The notes: generated from the sequence alone by a model not told the origin. A stretch of 64,000 bases of DNA from Spirochaetia bacterium (GCA_965208575.1 CBDBOV010000002.1:160001-224000), one strand, 5' to 3'; positions 9,917 through 21,086 are shown, counted from the first letter of the stretch. Program-made: numbers and translations.

Positions 9917-11211
9917 ATCGGGACGAGTTGGCGCGGCTGGTCGGGTCCGGGGAGAACTCGGGGGTGGAGTTCAAGCGGGATGATCTGCGTCCGGAGCGGG
10001 CGGCGAGAGAGATCGCCGGCCTGCTCAACCTGGAAGGGGGGCACCTGCTGCTCGGGGTGGAGGACGACGGCACGGTCACCGGCCTTTCGCGGGACCGGCG
10101 GCGGGCGGAGGAATGGGTGATGGAGGCGGCGCGTGCCCACGTGCGCCCGGCGACGATTCCCTACTGGGAGACGGTCGAATGGCGCGAGGGGGTGGTCGTC
10201 GGCGTCGTGTCGCTGCCGGCGGACGCCCCGGACAAGCCGTACAAGGCGAAGCGCGGGTCGGCCTGGGTGACGCAGGTGCGCGTCGGAACCACCACCCGCG
10301 ATGCCACCGACGAGGAGGAGATGCGCCTGTACCAGCAGTCGGGGCGGCTGCAGTACGACCGCAAGCCGGTGCCCGGCACTTCGTTCGCCGACCTCGACCG
10401 GCGCCGACTGATCAACTATTTCCGCGACGTCCGCGAGCAGGAGTGCCCCGACGAGACCGACGAAGCAGCGTGGACGCGGCTCCTGGTGAACACCGAGATC
10501 ATGGTGGAAGGGAGCGGGCGGTCGATGGCGAGCGCGGCCGGACTGCTCCTGTTCGGCAAGAATCCGAATCGCTATCTCCCGCACGCAGGGGTCAGTGCGG
10601 CAGCCTACGGTGGTGCGGAGAAGGACTACGACGCGAGGGAGCGGGCCACGGTGCGCGGGCCGGCAGTGTCGCTGGCGTTCCGACGGACGGACGCGGACGG
10701 TACGCGGTATCCCGGGCAGACACGCACGTTCTCCGCGAGCAGCGAGTGGATGGAGAGCGGCGTGATCGAGCGCACGCTCGAGTTCGTGCGGCGCAACGTC
10801 TGCCTGGAGGCTTGGATCGATGCCGGCGGGCGCCGGCAGGAGCGCTGGGAGTACCCGCTGGAGGCGGTGCGGGAGGCGGTCGTGAACGCGGTCGCGCACC
10901 GCGACTACACGATCACGGTGAGCGACATCGAGCTGTCGATCTACGCCGACCGCCTGGAGATCGTCTCGCCCGGCCGGCTGCCGAACACGGTCACGGTGGC
11001 CAAGATGCGCGCCGGCTACCGTGCCACCCGCAACGAGCTGGTGAAGGAGGTGCTGCGCGACTACCGCTACGTCGAGGCCACCGGCCTGGGGGTGCCGCGC
11101 AAGCTCGTGCGCGGCATGCGCGAGCACAACGGCACCGAGCCCGACCTGATCGAGGAGGAGGACCGCTTCACGGTGCGGCTCTGGAAGCAGCGTCCGGCGG
11201 CGGGGGCGTGA
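9913..11211 (+). CDS. AlbA_2 (Schlafen-like) + HATPase_c_4 domain protein
   Basis: GENSGVEFKR..NLEGGHLLLGVEDDG and YPLEAVREAVVNAVAHRDY..DRLEIVSPG. Confidence 0.85.
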   Translation: MNRDELARLVGSGENSGVEFKRDDLRPERAAREIAGLLNLEGGHLLLGVEDDGTVTGLSRDRRRAEEWVMEAARAHVRPATIPYWETVEWREGVVVGVVSLPADAPDKPYKAKRGSAWVTQVRVGTTTRDATDEEEMRLYQQSGRLQYDRKPVPGTSFADLDRRRLINYFRDVREQECPDETDEAAWTRLLVNTEIMVEGSGRSMASAAGLLLFGKNPNRYLPHAGVSAAAYGGAEKDYDARERATVRGPAVSLAFRRTDADGTRYPGQTRTFSASSEWMESGVIERTLEFVRRNVCLEAWIDAGGRRQERWEYPLEAVREAVVNAVAHRDYTITVSDIELSIYADRLEIVSPGRLPNTVTVAKMRAGYRATRNELVKEVLRDYRYVEATGLGVPRKLVRGMREHNGTEPDLIEEEDRFTVRLWKQRPAAGA

Positions 11212-12812
11212 TGGGGAGGACGCCGAACGTCGTCTATTTCCTCGTGGATGACATGGGGTATGGGGACGTGTCGTGCCTCAATCCACGTGGCAGAATCGCC
11301 ACGCCGCAGTTCGACCGGCTGGCGCGCGAGGGAATGGTGTGCCGCGACGCCCACTCCAGCTCGGCGGTGTGCTCGCCGTCCCGCTACGGCGTGCTCACCG
11401 GCCGCTACAACTGGCGCAGTCCCCTGCAGCGGGGCATCGTCAGCCCGTACGGCCCGCCGCTGATCGACGAACGGCGGCTCACGGTGGGCAAGCTGCTGCA
11501 GCGCCACGGCTACCATTGCGGTGCCATCGGCAAGTGGCACCTGGGCATGGAGTGGCCGTTCGATTCCGGCGCCCGGCCCGGCCCGACCGACGCATCCGCC
11601 TCCTGGCCATCCGCGGCCGACGAGGATTTTCTGCCGCCGCACGCCGCCGGCGAACCGGCCTCCGCCGAGCTCGAGGCAACGGAGCGGCAGCGGGCGCGGT
11701 GGCGCGAGTTCTTTGCGCGCAGGATCGCGGGCGGCCCCACCGCGCGCGGGTTCGACTACTACTTCGGCGTCGACGTTCCCAACTGGCCGCCCTACTGCTA
11801 TATCGAGAATGACGCCGCCATCGGCGCGCCGAGCGAGTTCCTGCCGGCGCGGCTGCTCGGCGACAACCTGGCCAGCCTGCCGGGTCCGGCGATGCCCTAC
11901 TGGCACTTTGAGCAGCTCCTGCCGGCGTTCGCCCGCGCCGCCGACCGCTACATCGCCGCGCGCGCCGCCGACCGGCAGCCGTTCTTCCTGTACCTGCCGA
12001 TGACCTCACCGCATACCCCGCTGTCGGTGAACAAGCGCTGGATCGGCGGCAGCGGGCTGAACAACCTGTACGCCGACCTGGTGATGGAAACCGACGACGT
12101 GTTCGGCCAGGTGCTCGACTCCCTGGAGCGCCACGGCGTCGCCGGCGACACGCTGGTCATCTTCACCAGCGACAACGGCTGCGCGCCCTACATCGGCGTC
12201 GACCAGATGGAGGCGCAGGGCCACCACCCGAGCGGCGGCTTCCGCGGCTACAAGTCGGACGCCTGGGACGGCGGACACCGCGTGCCGTTCATCGCGCGCT
12301 GGCCGGGGGTAATCGAGCCTGGCAGCGGCAGCGACCGGCTGGTGTGCCTGACCGACCTGCTGGCCACCTGCGCCGACTTCCTGGAGGATCCGCTGCCGGC
12401 GGACGGGGGCGAGGACAGCGTCAGCATGCTGCCGCTGTTCGAGGGCCGCGACGAGCCGATCCGCGACCACGTGGTGCACCACTCGATCTCCGGCAAGTTC
12501 GCCATCCGCGACGAGCGCTGGAAGCTGGTGCTGTGCCCGGGGTCGGGAGGCTGGACCCTGAATGACGCCGCCGCGGCCCGCGAAGGGCTGCCCGTGGTGC
12601 AGCTCTACGACATGCGGCGCGACCCGGCGGAGCGGCGCAACCTGCATGCCGAACACCCGGCGGTGGTGAAGGAGATGGTGGCGCACCTGAAGCGGCTGGT
12701 CGCCGCCGGGCGCAGCACGCCGGGGCCGCAGCAACGCAACGACGCGGCCGTGGACATCTGGAAGGCGGACACGCTCCCGGGCATCGATCCGGCGCTGTTC
12801 GACGACTACTGA
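11211..12812 (+). CDS. arylsulfatase (Cys-type)
   Basis: PNVVYFLVDDMGYGD, CSPSR motif, GKWHLG, TSDNG. Confidence 0.92.
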   Translation: MGRTPNVVYFLVDDMGYGDVSCLNPRGRIATPQFDRLAREGMVCRDAHSSSAVCSPSRYGVLTGRYNWRSPLQRGIVSPYGPPLIDERRLTVGKLLQRHGYHCGAIGKWHLGMEWPFDSGARPGPTDASASWPSAADEDFLPPHAAGEPASAELEATERQRARWREFFARRIAGGPTARGFDYYFGVDVPNWPPYCYIENDAAIGAPSEFLPARLLGDNLASLPGPAMPYWHFEQLLPAFARAADRYIAARAADRQPFFLYLPMTSPHTPLSVNKRWIGGSGLNNLYADLVMETDDVFGQVLDSLERHGVAGDTLVIFTSDNGCAPYIGVDQMEAQGHHPSGGFRGYKSDAWDGGHRVPFIARWPGVIEPGSGSDRLVCLTDLLATCADFLEDPLPADGGEDSVSMLPLFEGRDEPIRDHVVHHSISGKFAIRDERWKLVLCPGSGGWTLNDAAAAREGLPVVQLYDMRRDPAERRNLHAEHPAVVKEMVAHLKRLVAAGRSTPGPQQRNDAAVDIWKADTLPGIDPALFDDY

Positions 12813-12906
12813 GCCGCGAAGAACGGACGGCGAAGCTCTCCTTTCGAAGAGGCGAATCACCTGGTAACTTCTCCCTCTGATAAGGAGAAAATGGTTGGAC
12901 CTCACG

Positions 12907-14229
12907 ATGCGTCAGGCACTGGTGGAACAGCTTGCGGAGTCGCTCGCGCGGCCGCTGCCTTCGCTCACGCCGCGGCGCGTGTTCGGGCGCAGCGGCATGC
13001 CGGGCAAGGCGACGGCGGTGACCGGCATGCGGCGCGCCGGCAAGACCACCTTTCTGCACCAGCTTCGGCGCGAGCGTGTCGAGCGGGGCATATCGCGGGA
13101 CCGGCTGCCGTTCGTCTCCTTCGAGGACGAGCGCCTCGCCGGACTGCAAGCGGCCGAACTGGGCGTCCTGGTTGACGAGTACTACCGGCGCGTGCCGCGG
13201 GCGCACGACGGGACCGTGACGTGGTGCTTCGACGAAGTCCAACTGGTGCCGGGCTGGGAGCGGTTCGTGCGCCGGCTGCTCGACGCGGGCGGCAGCGAGG
13301 TGTTGATCACCGGGTCGTCCGCGGCGCTGCTGTCGCGTGAGATAGCCACCGCGCTGCGCGGGCGGGCGTGGCAGGTGCTGATCCATCCGTTCGCGTTCGC
13401 TGAAGCGCTGCACCACCGGGGGGTCTCGATCCCCGGTCCCCAGGATCGCGCATCGGGGCGCGAACGTCATCGACTGGAGCGGGCGCTGCTCGACTGGCTG
13501 GCCGCAGGCGGCTTTCCGGAAGCGCAAGGACTGGACCCCGAGTCGCGGCATCAGCTCCATCGCGACTACGTGGACGTGGCGGTGCTGCGCGACGTGGTGG
13601 AGCGCCACCAGGTGCGTAACGTCGCGGCGCTGCGCTGGCTGGTGCGCCACCTCCTGGGCAACGCCGGTTCCACGTTCAGCGTGGAGAAGTTCCACGCCGC
13701 GCTGCGTTCCGAGGGCGTGCCGGTGGGCCGCGACACGCTGCACGAATACCTCGCATACCTGGAGGACTGCTACCTGGTGCGGGTGGTGTGGATGGAGTCG
13801 GCTTCCGAGCGCCAGCGCATGGTCAACCCGCGCAAGGCGTACCCGGTCGACCCCGGCCTGATCCCGGTGTTCGACCGCAGCGGGCGGGCCAACGTGGGGC
13901 ATGCGCTGGAGACCGCGGTTCTGATCGAACTGGAGCGCCGCCGGCGCGAGGTCACCTACGTGCGCACGCCGGAGGGCTACGAGGTGGACTTTCTCGCGCG
14001 CGACGCCACCGGCGGCATGGAGCTGATTCAGGTGTGTGCGGACGCCTCCGACCCGGGGACCGCGGCCCGCGAGCTGCGCGCCTTGGCGGCTGCCGGCGAT
14101 CGGTTCCCGCGCGCCGGCAGGCGGCTGATCACCCTGACCGGTGACGCCTTCCCCTCGCAACGGCCCGCGGGCGTGGCAGTGCAAGCGGCCGCCGAATGGC
14201 TGCTCGCGCCGTACGCCGCCGTCAGGTGA
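12907..14229 (+). CDS. AAA_14 ATPase with DUF4143 domain
   Basis: Walker A GMRRAGKT, FDEVQ, ITGSSA, KAYPVDPG, EVDFL; alternative TTG start at 12895. Confidence 0.85.
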   Translation: MRQALVEQLAESLARPLPSLTPRRVFGRSGMPGKATAVTGMRRAGKTTFLHQLRRERVERGISRDRLPFVSFEDERLAGLQAAELGVLVDEYYRRVPRAHDGTVTWCFDEVQLVPGWERFVRRLLDAGGSEVLITGSSAALLSREIATALRGRAWQVLIHPFAFAEALHHRGVSIPGPQDRASGRERHRLERALLDWLAAGGFPEAQGLDPESRHQLHRDYVDVAVLRDVVERHQVRNVAALRWLVRHLLGNAGSTFSVEKFHAALRSEGVPVGRDTLHEYLAYLEDCYLVRVVWMESASERQRMVNPRKAYPVDPGLIPVFDRSGRANVGHALETAVLIELERRRREVTYVRTPEGYEVDFLARDATGGMELIQVCADASDPGTAARELRALAAAGDRFPRAGRRLITLTGDAFPSQRPAGVAVQAAAEWLLAPYAAVR

Positions 14230-14274
14230 CGCGGATGAGAACGTGGTCTTCCCGCGCCGCGCCGCCTCCAGCCG

Positions 14275-14682
14275 TCACTGCGTGCCGGACGGCTCGACCC
14301 GGATGAACGCCAGGCCGGAGATGCGTTCGAAGTGGCCGTCGCCGGTGAGCAGCACGGCGCCGCTCTCCATGGCCTGCGCCGCGATCCAGACATCGTTCAC
14401 GGGAATCGGCGTGCCGGCGCGCCGCAACTGCGCGGATATGCGGCCGAAGCGATCGGCGGTCTTGCAGGTCGCAGGATGGAATTCGACGAACGGACTGGCG
14501 AGGAACTCATCCAGTTGCGTCCGGTTCCTGTCGTAACGGGTGCCATGGCGAAAGCCGTACAGCAACTCCGCAACCGTCGCCACCGGTAGCAGGACCCGTT
14601 GCGCACCGCGGACTTTCGTTCTGACCTCGGCGGCACCGCGCATGTACGCGGTGTACACGTTGGTGTCGAGCGCGAGGATCAT
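14275..14682 (-). CDS. vapC: VapC PIN-domain toxin
   Basis: LALDTNVY, AELLYG, PIPVNDVWIAAQA..LLTGDGHF. Confidence 0.88.
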   Translation of the reverse strand: MILALDTNVYTAYMRGAAEVRTKVRGAQRVLLPVATVAELLYGFRHGTRYDRNRTQLDEFLASPFVEFHPATCKTADRFGRISAQLRRAGTPIPVNDVWIAAQAMESGAVLLTGDGHFERISGLAFIRVEPSGTQ

Positions 14683-14942
14683 CGCCAGAACGGATCGTCG
14701 GCCCGGTCCAACTCCGCCACCGCTTCCAGGACGGTACGCTCCTCCTCGGCCGACCACGAGCCGAAGAATCGGTCGAGGGCGTTGCCGATGGTCGGCGGCG
14801 CTTCGCCGGGACCGCTCATGCCTGCCCCTTTCCGCATCAGCGCCAGGGCTGCCCTGTTCAACGACGTGTCGCGGCGCTGTGCCTCTTCGCGTACGCGTCG
14901 TTCCAACTCCACGTCGCGAAACCGAATCGTCAACTGCGTCAT
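14679..14942 (-). CDS. putative antitoxin (RHH-like) of vapC
   Basis: 87 aa MTQLTIR..SLN..L..FFGSWSAEE; overlaps the toxin start. Confidence 0.75.
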   Translation of the reverse strand: MTQLTIRFRDVELERRVREEAQRRDTSLNRAALALMRKGAGMSGPGEAPPTIGNALDRFFGSWSAEEERTVLEAVAELDRADDPFWR

Positions 14943-15048
14943 GGCGGAAAGCGTAATGCGAGGGCGGAGTCGGTTCAAGTCATACTGTGAGGCAGAATGA
15001 GTCACCAAGTACCACTGGTGATCGGTCGTTGGCGAGGCACGCGAGCCG

Positions 15049-16329
15049 TCAGGTGATGCGGATGAGTTGGTCGCGGCGCGGGCCGATGGACACCCAGCGC
15101 ACGGGAATGGCGGCGGCGGTCTCGATGGCGCGCACGTAGGACTGCGCCTCGGGCGGCAAATCGCCGAAGCTGCGCGCGCCGCTGATGTCGCGGCGCCAGC
15201 CGGGCAGGGTCTCGTACACCGGGCGGGCGCGTTCCAGCACCGCCGTGGCGGGGAAGTCGTCCACCCGCCGGCCGTCCACCTCGTAGGCGGTGCAGACCGG
15301 AATGGCGTCCAGGTAGCCGAGCACGTCCAGCAGCGTGACCGCCAGCTCGGTGGCGCCCTGCACGGCGCAGCCGTAGCGGGTGGCGACGGCGTCGAACCAG
15401 CCGACCCGGCGCGGGCGCCCGGTGGTGGCGCCGTACTCGCCGGCGTCGCCGCCGCGCTCGCGCAGCTCGTCGCCGCACGCGCCGGTGAGCTCGGTGGTGA
15501 ACGGGCCGGCGCCGACGCAGGAGGAGTACGCCTTGACGGTCGCTACCACCCGGTCGATGGCATGCGCGGGCACGCCGGCGCCCACGGTGGCGAACCCGGC
15601 CAGCGGCGAGGAGGAGGTGACGTACGGGTAGATGCCGTGGTCGGGGTCGCGCAGGGCGCCGAGCTGGCCCTCCAGCAGCAGGTGCTTGCCGTCGCGCAGC
15701 GCCGCGTGCAGCAGCGCGGTGGCGTCCACCACCATCTCGCGCACTCCGGCGCCGAGGGCAAGCATCTCCTCGACCACGCGCTCCAGGGACAGCGGCGCGG
15801 CATCGTACAGGTGCTCGCGCAGCACGTTGATGCGCGGCAGGGTGTGCTCGAGGCGGCCGCGCAGGTGGCCGGCGTCGAACAGCTCGCGCACCTGGAAGCC
15901 CACCTTCAGGTACTTGTCGGCGTAGAACGGCGCGATGCCGGACTGGGTGGAGCCGAACTTGGCCGCCCCGCGCCGCGCCTCCTCGAGCCGGTCCAGCTCC
16001 ACGTGCCACGGCAGCACCACCTGCGCGCGGTCGGCGATCAGCACGCGCGGATTGGGCGCGCCGCGGGCGCGCAGCTCGGCCAGCTCGGCCAGCAGCGCCG
16101 CCACGTCGACCGCCACGCCGGGGCCGAGCAGGTTGGTGGTGTGGGCGTGGCACACCCCGCACGGCACCAGGTGCAGGGCGAACTTGCCGTACTGGTTGAT
16201 GATGGTGTGGCCGGCGTTCTTGCCGCCCTGAAAACGGATCACCACGTCGGCGGTCTCCGCCAGGTAGTCGCACAGCTTGCCCTTGCCCTCGTCGCCCCAG
16301 TTGGCGCCGACCACCGCCGTCACCGGCAT
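15049..16329 (-). CDS. purA: adenylosuccinate synthetase
   Basis: GANWGDEGKGK, GGKNAGHT, EYGATTGRPRRVGWFD. Confidence 0.96.
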   Translation of the reverse strand: MPVTAVVGANWGDEGKGKLCDYLAETADVVIRFQGGKNAGHTIINQYGKFALHLVPCGVCHAHTTNLLGPGVAVDVAALLAELAELRARGAPNPRVLIADRAQVVLPWHVELDRLEEARRGAAKFGSTQSGIAPFYADKYLKVGFQVRELFDAGHLRGRLEHTLPRINVLREHLYDAAPLSLERVVEEMLALGAGVREMVVDATALLHAALRDGKHLLLEGQLGALRDPDHGIYPYVTSSSPLAGFATVGAGVPAHAIDRVVATVKAYSSCVGAGPFTTELTGACGDELRERGGDAGEYGATTGRPRRVGWFDAVATRYGCAVQGATELAVTLLDVLGYLDAIPVCTAYEVDGRRVDDFPATAVLERARPVYETLPGWRRDISGARSFGDLPPEAQSYVRAIETAAAIPVRWVSIGPRRDQLIRIT

Positions 16330-16350
16330 CGCCTGCTCCTCATCGTGCTG

Positions 16351-18204
16351 CTAGCCGCCCGCCTGGTCCGAGATTACCGCCCGGCGAGCGGCGCCGGGAG
16401 TGGACCCGCGGTCGCCATTGGCGCCCGCAACCTCCGTACCGGGGGCCGCGGCATCGGCGCCGCGCTGGCGCGCCCGCCGCCGCCTGATGCAGGCGGCCAC
16501 GAAGCTGTGGAACAGCGGATTGGGGCGCGCCGGCCGGCTGGTGAACTCGGGGTGGAACTGTACCCCGATGAAGAACGGATGGTCGGGCAGCTCGGCGACC
16601 TGGATGATCGGCTGCCCCGGCGCCCAGCCGGAGAACACCATGCCGCCCGCTTCGAACGCATCCTTGTACAGCGGATTGAACTCGTAGCGGTGGCGGAATC
16701 GCTCGTGCGCCTTCTGTCCGCGGTACAGGCCGGCCACCCGCGACCCGGCCAGCAGCGCCACCTCGTGCCGGCCGAGCCGCATCGAGCCGCCGATGCCCTC
16801 GATCTCGTACTGCTCCGGCAGCAGGCACACCACCGGATCGGCGGTGCTGGCGTCGTTCTCGGTGGTATTGGCGTCGGCCATGTCGCAGCAGGAGCGGGCG
16901 TATTCCACCATCGCCGCCTGGAACCCGTAGCAGATGCCCAGCATCGGCAGGCCGCCGGTGCGGGCGTGGGTAATGCAGGCGATCTTGCCCTCCCAGCCGC
17001 GCGCCCCGAACCCGCCGGGCACGATGATGCCGTCGATGTCGGCGAGGTGGCCGGCGGCGCTGGCCACCCGCTCGGCGCGGCCGCCGGCGTGTTCGATGGC
17101 GTCGGTCGGGATGTCCACCACTTCCACCTCGACGCCGCAGGCGCAGCCGGCGTGCTCGAGCGCGCTGTGGATGCTGGCATAGGTGTCTCGCGGGCCCATG
17201 TACTTGCCGGCCAGGCCCACCACCACGCGCTCGCCGGCGCTGCCCAGGCGCTCCAGGTAGGTGGTGAAGTTGAACCGCACCTGCCGTTGCCGCGGCGTCA
17301 GGCCGAAGTAGTCCAGGGTCAGCCGGTCCACGTCCTGCGCCGCCAGGTGGTCCGGCACCTGGTACACCGACCGCTGGGTGTGCAGGTCGATCACGTTGCG
17401 CTCCGGCAGGCGCAGCCGCTGCGCGAGCTTGCGCAGCACCCCCGGCTCCACCCGATTCTCGCACCGGCACACCAGCATGTGCGGCTTGATGCCCATCTGC
17501 ATCAGCATCTGGGTGCCGTGCTGGGCGGCCTTGCTCTTCTGCTCGTTCAGGTGGGGGGCCTCGATGATCCACGCCAGGTTGATGAAGAACACGTTGCGCT
17601 CGCCTTCCTGGTAGGCGAGCTCGCTCATCGCCGAGATGTAGGGCCGCACCTCCTCGTCGCCGACCGTGCCGCCGATCTCCACCAGCGTGATGTCCGCCTC
17701 GTTGAACAGCGACGACTCGCGCACGAAGCGGATCACCTCGCCGGTCACGTGCGGATAGAACTGCACGTCGGAGCCGGAGAACTGGCCGCTGCGTTCCAAC
17801 TCGTTCAGCCGCCGGGTCAGCCGCCCGTTGGTGAAGATGTTGTGCTGCGAGAAGCTCTTGTCGACGAACCGCTCGTAGGTGCCGATGTCCATGTCGCACT
17901 CGGTGCCGTCGTCGAGCACGAACACCTCGCCGTGGCGGAACGGGCTCAGGGTGCCGGCGTCCTCGTTGAAGTAGCCGTCCATCTTGATCAGGTTGGTGCG
18001 ATGGCCGCGTTCCTCCAGCAGCGCCGCCAGGCCGGCCGAGAACACGCCCTTGCCGAGGCCGCTGATCACGCTGCCGGTGACGATGATGAACTTGGTCTGC
18101 CCCGGCCGGTAGCCGGGCGGCAGGATGGAGTACTCCTCGCCCGGGTCGGAGCGGCTGCTGAGCGCGCGCAGGCGGTCGGGGATCCTGCCGGGGTGCTGCG
18201 TCAC
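16351..18204 (-). CDS. pyrG: CTP synthase
   Basis: VTGSVISGLGKG, GTLSPFRHGEVFV, EIGGTVGD, VPGGFG, GICYGFQ, ERFRHRYE, QFHPEF. Confidence 0.95.
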   Translation of the reverse strand: MTQHPGRIPDRLRALSSRSDPGEEYSILPPGYRPGQTKFIIVTGSVISGLGKGVFSAGLAALLEERGHRTNLIKMDGYFNEDAGTLSPFRHGEVFVLDDGTECDMDIGTYERFVDKSFSQHNIFTNGRLTRRLNELERSGQFSGSDVQFYPHVTGEVIRFVRESSLFNEADITLVEIGGTVGDEEVRPYISAMSELAYQEGERNVFFINLAWIIEAPHLNEQKSKAAQHGTQMLMQMGIKPHMLVCRCENRVEPGVLRKLAQRLRLPERNVIDLHTQRSVYQVPDHLAAQDVDRLTLDYFGLTPRQRQVRFNFTTYLERLGSAGERVVVGLAGKYMGPRDTYASIHSALEHAGCACGVEVEVVDIPTDAIEHAGGRAERVASAAGHLADIDGIIVPGGFGARGWEGKIACITHARTGGLPMLGICYGFQAAMVEYARSCCDMADANTTENDASTADPVVCLLPEQYEIEGIGGSMRLGRHEVALLAGSRVAGLYRGQKAHERFRHRYEFNPLYKDAFEAGGMVFSGWAPGQPIIQVAELPDHPFFIGVQFHPEFTSRPARPNPLFHSFVAACIRRRRARQRGADAAAPGTEVAGANGDRGSTPGAARRAVISDQAGG

Positions 18205-19433
18205 GCGGCGTTGGCCTTCAGGATGTGCTTGAGCTTGTTGCCGTAGTAGGCAGCGAGGTGGGGATGGTGGATGAACACCTCCCGGTCGTCGTATTCGAGC
18301 GTCATGTAGGACTTCGACGGGATGATGGGAACATCGGGAAAATTGTACACCTTGACGGTGCGCGCGAGCAGGTCCTCGGTGGCGAGCCGGCGGCGGTCGG
18401 CGTCATAGAGCGGCGCGGTGTCCAGCCCGTGCGCCTCGATCCGCTCCAGGGTGGCGGCCAGGCGCTCCTCCAGTTCGTCGCGGCTCATCTTGTAGCGGTC
18501 GTCGAGGGAGGCGAACACCAGCGTGCTCTCGTACACCCGCATCAGCTTGCCCATCCGCTCGTGCAACACCGATGCCAGTTCGCGGGCGCGGGGGTGGCGG
18601 TCGGCCGGGACTCCCTCGCCGAAGCGGATCAGCACCCGCGAGCGCTGGTCGCGGATGCGGCGCGCGAACGGCATCTTCATGAACGCGTAGTAGTGATCGT
18701 AGACGTACTTCGCGATCTTGCTCTTGCGCGAGCGGGCCTGGTACTCGCGGAACACGATGTCCTCCGGGATGCGCTCGTAGGAGATGTTGACCGGTACGTA
18801 CAGCGCCCCGTCGATGCCCATCTGGCGGATCGCCGTGTTCAGCACCAGGAACACGTACGGCGACAGCTCGGCGAACTGGCCCGAGTAGGAGCGCCCGTAC
18901 TTCGCCTCGCCGGTGTTGCGGTCGATTTCGTAGCCGGGGAAGATCATCAGGTGCAGCCCTTCGCCGAGCACGCGCTTGATCTGCGCCAGGTAGAGCTTGT
19001 TGTACTGCTCCTTGGTGAGCACGAACGGCCGCGTGCGCAGCGCGCGCATCGTCCAGTCGGCGAGCCAGTGGCGGGCGTAGAACGAGCGCCGGTCGCGGAT
19101 GGTCATGAACGCGCCGCACTTGCGCAGAAAGGTGTCGATCGGGCCGACGTACAGGTTCTCGCCGGCCTGGATGGCGGTGCGGATGTAGCGCTGCGCGAGG
19201 TAGGTCTGCAGCAGCATCCAGTCGTACTCGCTCTGGTGGTTGGGAATGAAGATCAGCGTGCGCCCGCCGCGAGACAGCTCCTCGACCTGGTCCAGCCCCT
19301 CGACCTGCACCCCGCTGAAGCAGTTGCCGAACAGAAGCACCTCCACCGTGTTGGCGGTGTTGACCACGTAGCGGTCGCTGCGCCGGTGGTGCAGAAGATC
19401 GAGGATCTGTTCCTGGGAGAGATTGGATCTCAT
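18201..19433 (-). CDS. glycerol-phosphate/lysophospholipid acyltransferase (PlsB/PlsC-like)
   Basis: HX4D motif (PNHQSEYD), AGENL, RKCGAF, IFPG..GRS, VPVNISYE. Confidence 0.8.
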   Translation of the reverse strand: MRSNLSQEQILDLLHHRRSDRYVVNTANTVEVLLFGNCFSGVQVEGLDQVEELSRGGRTLIFIPNHQSEYDWMLLQTYLAQRYIRTAIQAGENLYVGPIDTFLRKCGAFMTIRDRRSFYARHWLADWTMRALRTRPFVLTKEQYNKLYLAQIKRVLGEGLHLMIFPGYEIDRNTGEAKYGRSYSGQFAELSPYVFLVLNTAIRQMGIDGALYVPVNISYERIPEDIVFREYQARSRKSKIAKYVYDHYYAFMKMPFARRIRDQRSRVLIRFGEGVPADRHPRARELASVLHERMGKLMRVYESTLVFASLDDRYKMSRDELEERLAATLERIEAHGLDTAPLYDADRRRLATEDLLARTVKVYNFPDVPIIPSKSYMTLEYDDREVFIHHPHLAAYYGNKLKHILKANAA

Positions 19434-19506
19434 GGGCGGGACATTCGTCTCGACAGTGCCGTCACGGCAGAATCATGCGGGCCCGGGAATCGAACCACGC
19501 GCGATC

Positions 19507-20814
19507 CTACCAGAAACCGGCGACCAGATTCTCGAACTGTTCCTGGCGGCCCGACCTCTTCTCCGGCTCGCCCGCCTCCAGCACCCACTGCTCCAGGTCG
19601 CGGAAGCCGGCGGCGCCGCTCTCGATCTGGGCCCCCGTGCCGGTGTCGTAGCTGGCGTAGCGCTCCCGGCGCCACCGGTCGAGCGTGCCGTCGGCAATGA
19701 TGCGGTCGGCGATCAGCAGGCCGCGGGCGAACGCGTCGATGCTGCCCACGTGGGCGGCGAACATGTCGCGCACGTCGGTCGACTCGCGGCGCAGCTTGGC
19801 GTCGAAGTTGAACCCGCCCGGAGCGATGCCGCCCTGGCGCAGCACGACCATCATCACCGCGCTGGTCACCGCCACGTCGAGGTTGAACTGGTCGGTGTCC
19901 CAGCCGATCAGTTCGTCGCCGGTGTTGGCGTCGATCGAGCCGAGCAGGCCGGCGTCGGAGGCGGTCTGCAGCTCGTGGGCGAAGGTGTGGCCGGCGAGGG
20001 TGGCGTGGTTGCACTCGACGTTGAGCTTGAACCGGTCGAGCCCGTAGCCGCGCAGGAAGGCGAGCACGGTGGCGGCGTCGAAGTCGTACTGGTGGGTGGT
20101 GGGCTCCTTCGGCTTGGGCTCGATCAGCAGGGTGCCGTCGAAGCCGATCTCGCGCGCGTAGTCGGCGGCCATGTGCAGGAAGCGCGCGAGGTGGTCCTGC
20201 TCCCGCTTCATGTCGGTGTTGAGCAGGGTGGCGTAGCCCTCGCGGCCGCCCCAGAACACGTAGCCTGCGCCGCCGAGGCGGTGGGTCACCTCCATCGCCT
20301 TCTTGACCTGCGCCGCCGCGTAGGCGAACACGTGCGCGTCGGGGTTGGTGGCGGCGCCGTTCATGTAGCGCGGGTTGGCGAACAGGTTGGCGGTGCCCCA
20401 CAGCAGCCGGATGCCGGTGTCGGCCTGCAGCTTCTCGGCCAGGTCGACCACCTGGTCCAGGTTGCGGTTGGATTCCGCCAGGGAGGCGCCCTCGGGGGCG
20501 ATGTCGCGGTCGTGGAAACAGTAGAAGCCGACGCCCAGCCGGGCGATGAAGTCGAACGCCACGCGCATGCGGCGCAAGGCGTTGTCGACCGAGTCGACCG
20601 GGTCGTCCCAGGGGCGCACCAGGGTCTGCTGGCCGAACGGGTCGACGCCGGTGCCGCGGAAGGTGTGCCAGTAGGCGACCGCGAAGCGGAAGTGGTCCGC
20701 CATGCGCTTGCCGGCCACGATCCGGTCGGCGTCGTAGTAGCGGTAGCTCAGCGGGTTGCGCGATTCGGGGCCTTCGTAGCGGATCGGCTCGATGCCGGCA
20801 AAGTAGTCTTCCAT
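19507..20814 (-). CDS. xylA: xylose isomerase
   Basis: [46 protein letters not shown]. Confidence 0.96.
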   Translation of the reverse strand: MEDYFAGIEPIRYEGPESRNPLSYRYYDADRIVAGKRMADHFRFAVAYWHTFRGTGVDPFGQQTLVRPWDDPVDSVDNALRRMRVAFDFIARLGVGFYCFHDRDIAPEGASLAESNRNLDQVVDLAEKLQADTGIRLLWGTANLFANPRYMNGAATNPDAHVFAYAAAQVKKAMEVTHRLGGAGYVFWGGREGYATLLNTDMKREQDHLARFLHMAADYAREIGFDGTLLIEPKPKEPTTHQYDFDAATVLAFLRGYGLDRFKLNVECNHATLAGHTFAHELQTASDAGLLGSIDANTGDELIGWDTDQFNLDVAVTSAVMMVVLRQGGIAPGGFNFDAKLRRESTDVRDMFAAHVGSIDAFARGLLIADRIIADGTLDRWRRERYASYDTGTGAQIESGAAGFRDLEQWVLEAGEPEKRSGRQEQFENLVAGFW

Positions 20815-21086
20815 GGCGACTCCCGGACGGTACGGCAACAGGCGCCCGGTGGTCAAACCCCGGCCCGCCGGGCGGGATGCGAACGCGGAAAGCGGTAAGC
20901 AGGTCATTGCGGCATGGCCTACCCGCTCGCCGGCGCGGAAGCGAACATCCGGGGACTGGCGAAACTGGATAGGCGAGGCGATGGAGCGCGGCTATACCCC
21001 GACCGCCGGCAATCGGCAACGCAGCGGACGCGCAACCAACGAGGGCCGCGTGTTCGCAACCGTGAACGGCACGGCGACGATTCGGG

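Noticed and set aside
15067-18246. 1059-aa plus-strand ORF and many similar long antisense ORFs
   Set aside because: Shadow frames of purA, pyrG and other GC-rich genes; no recognisable motifs.
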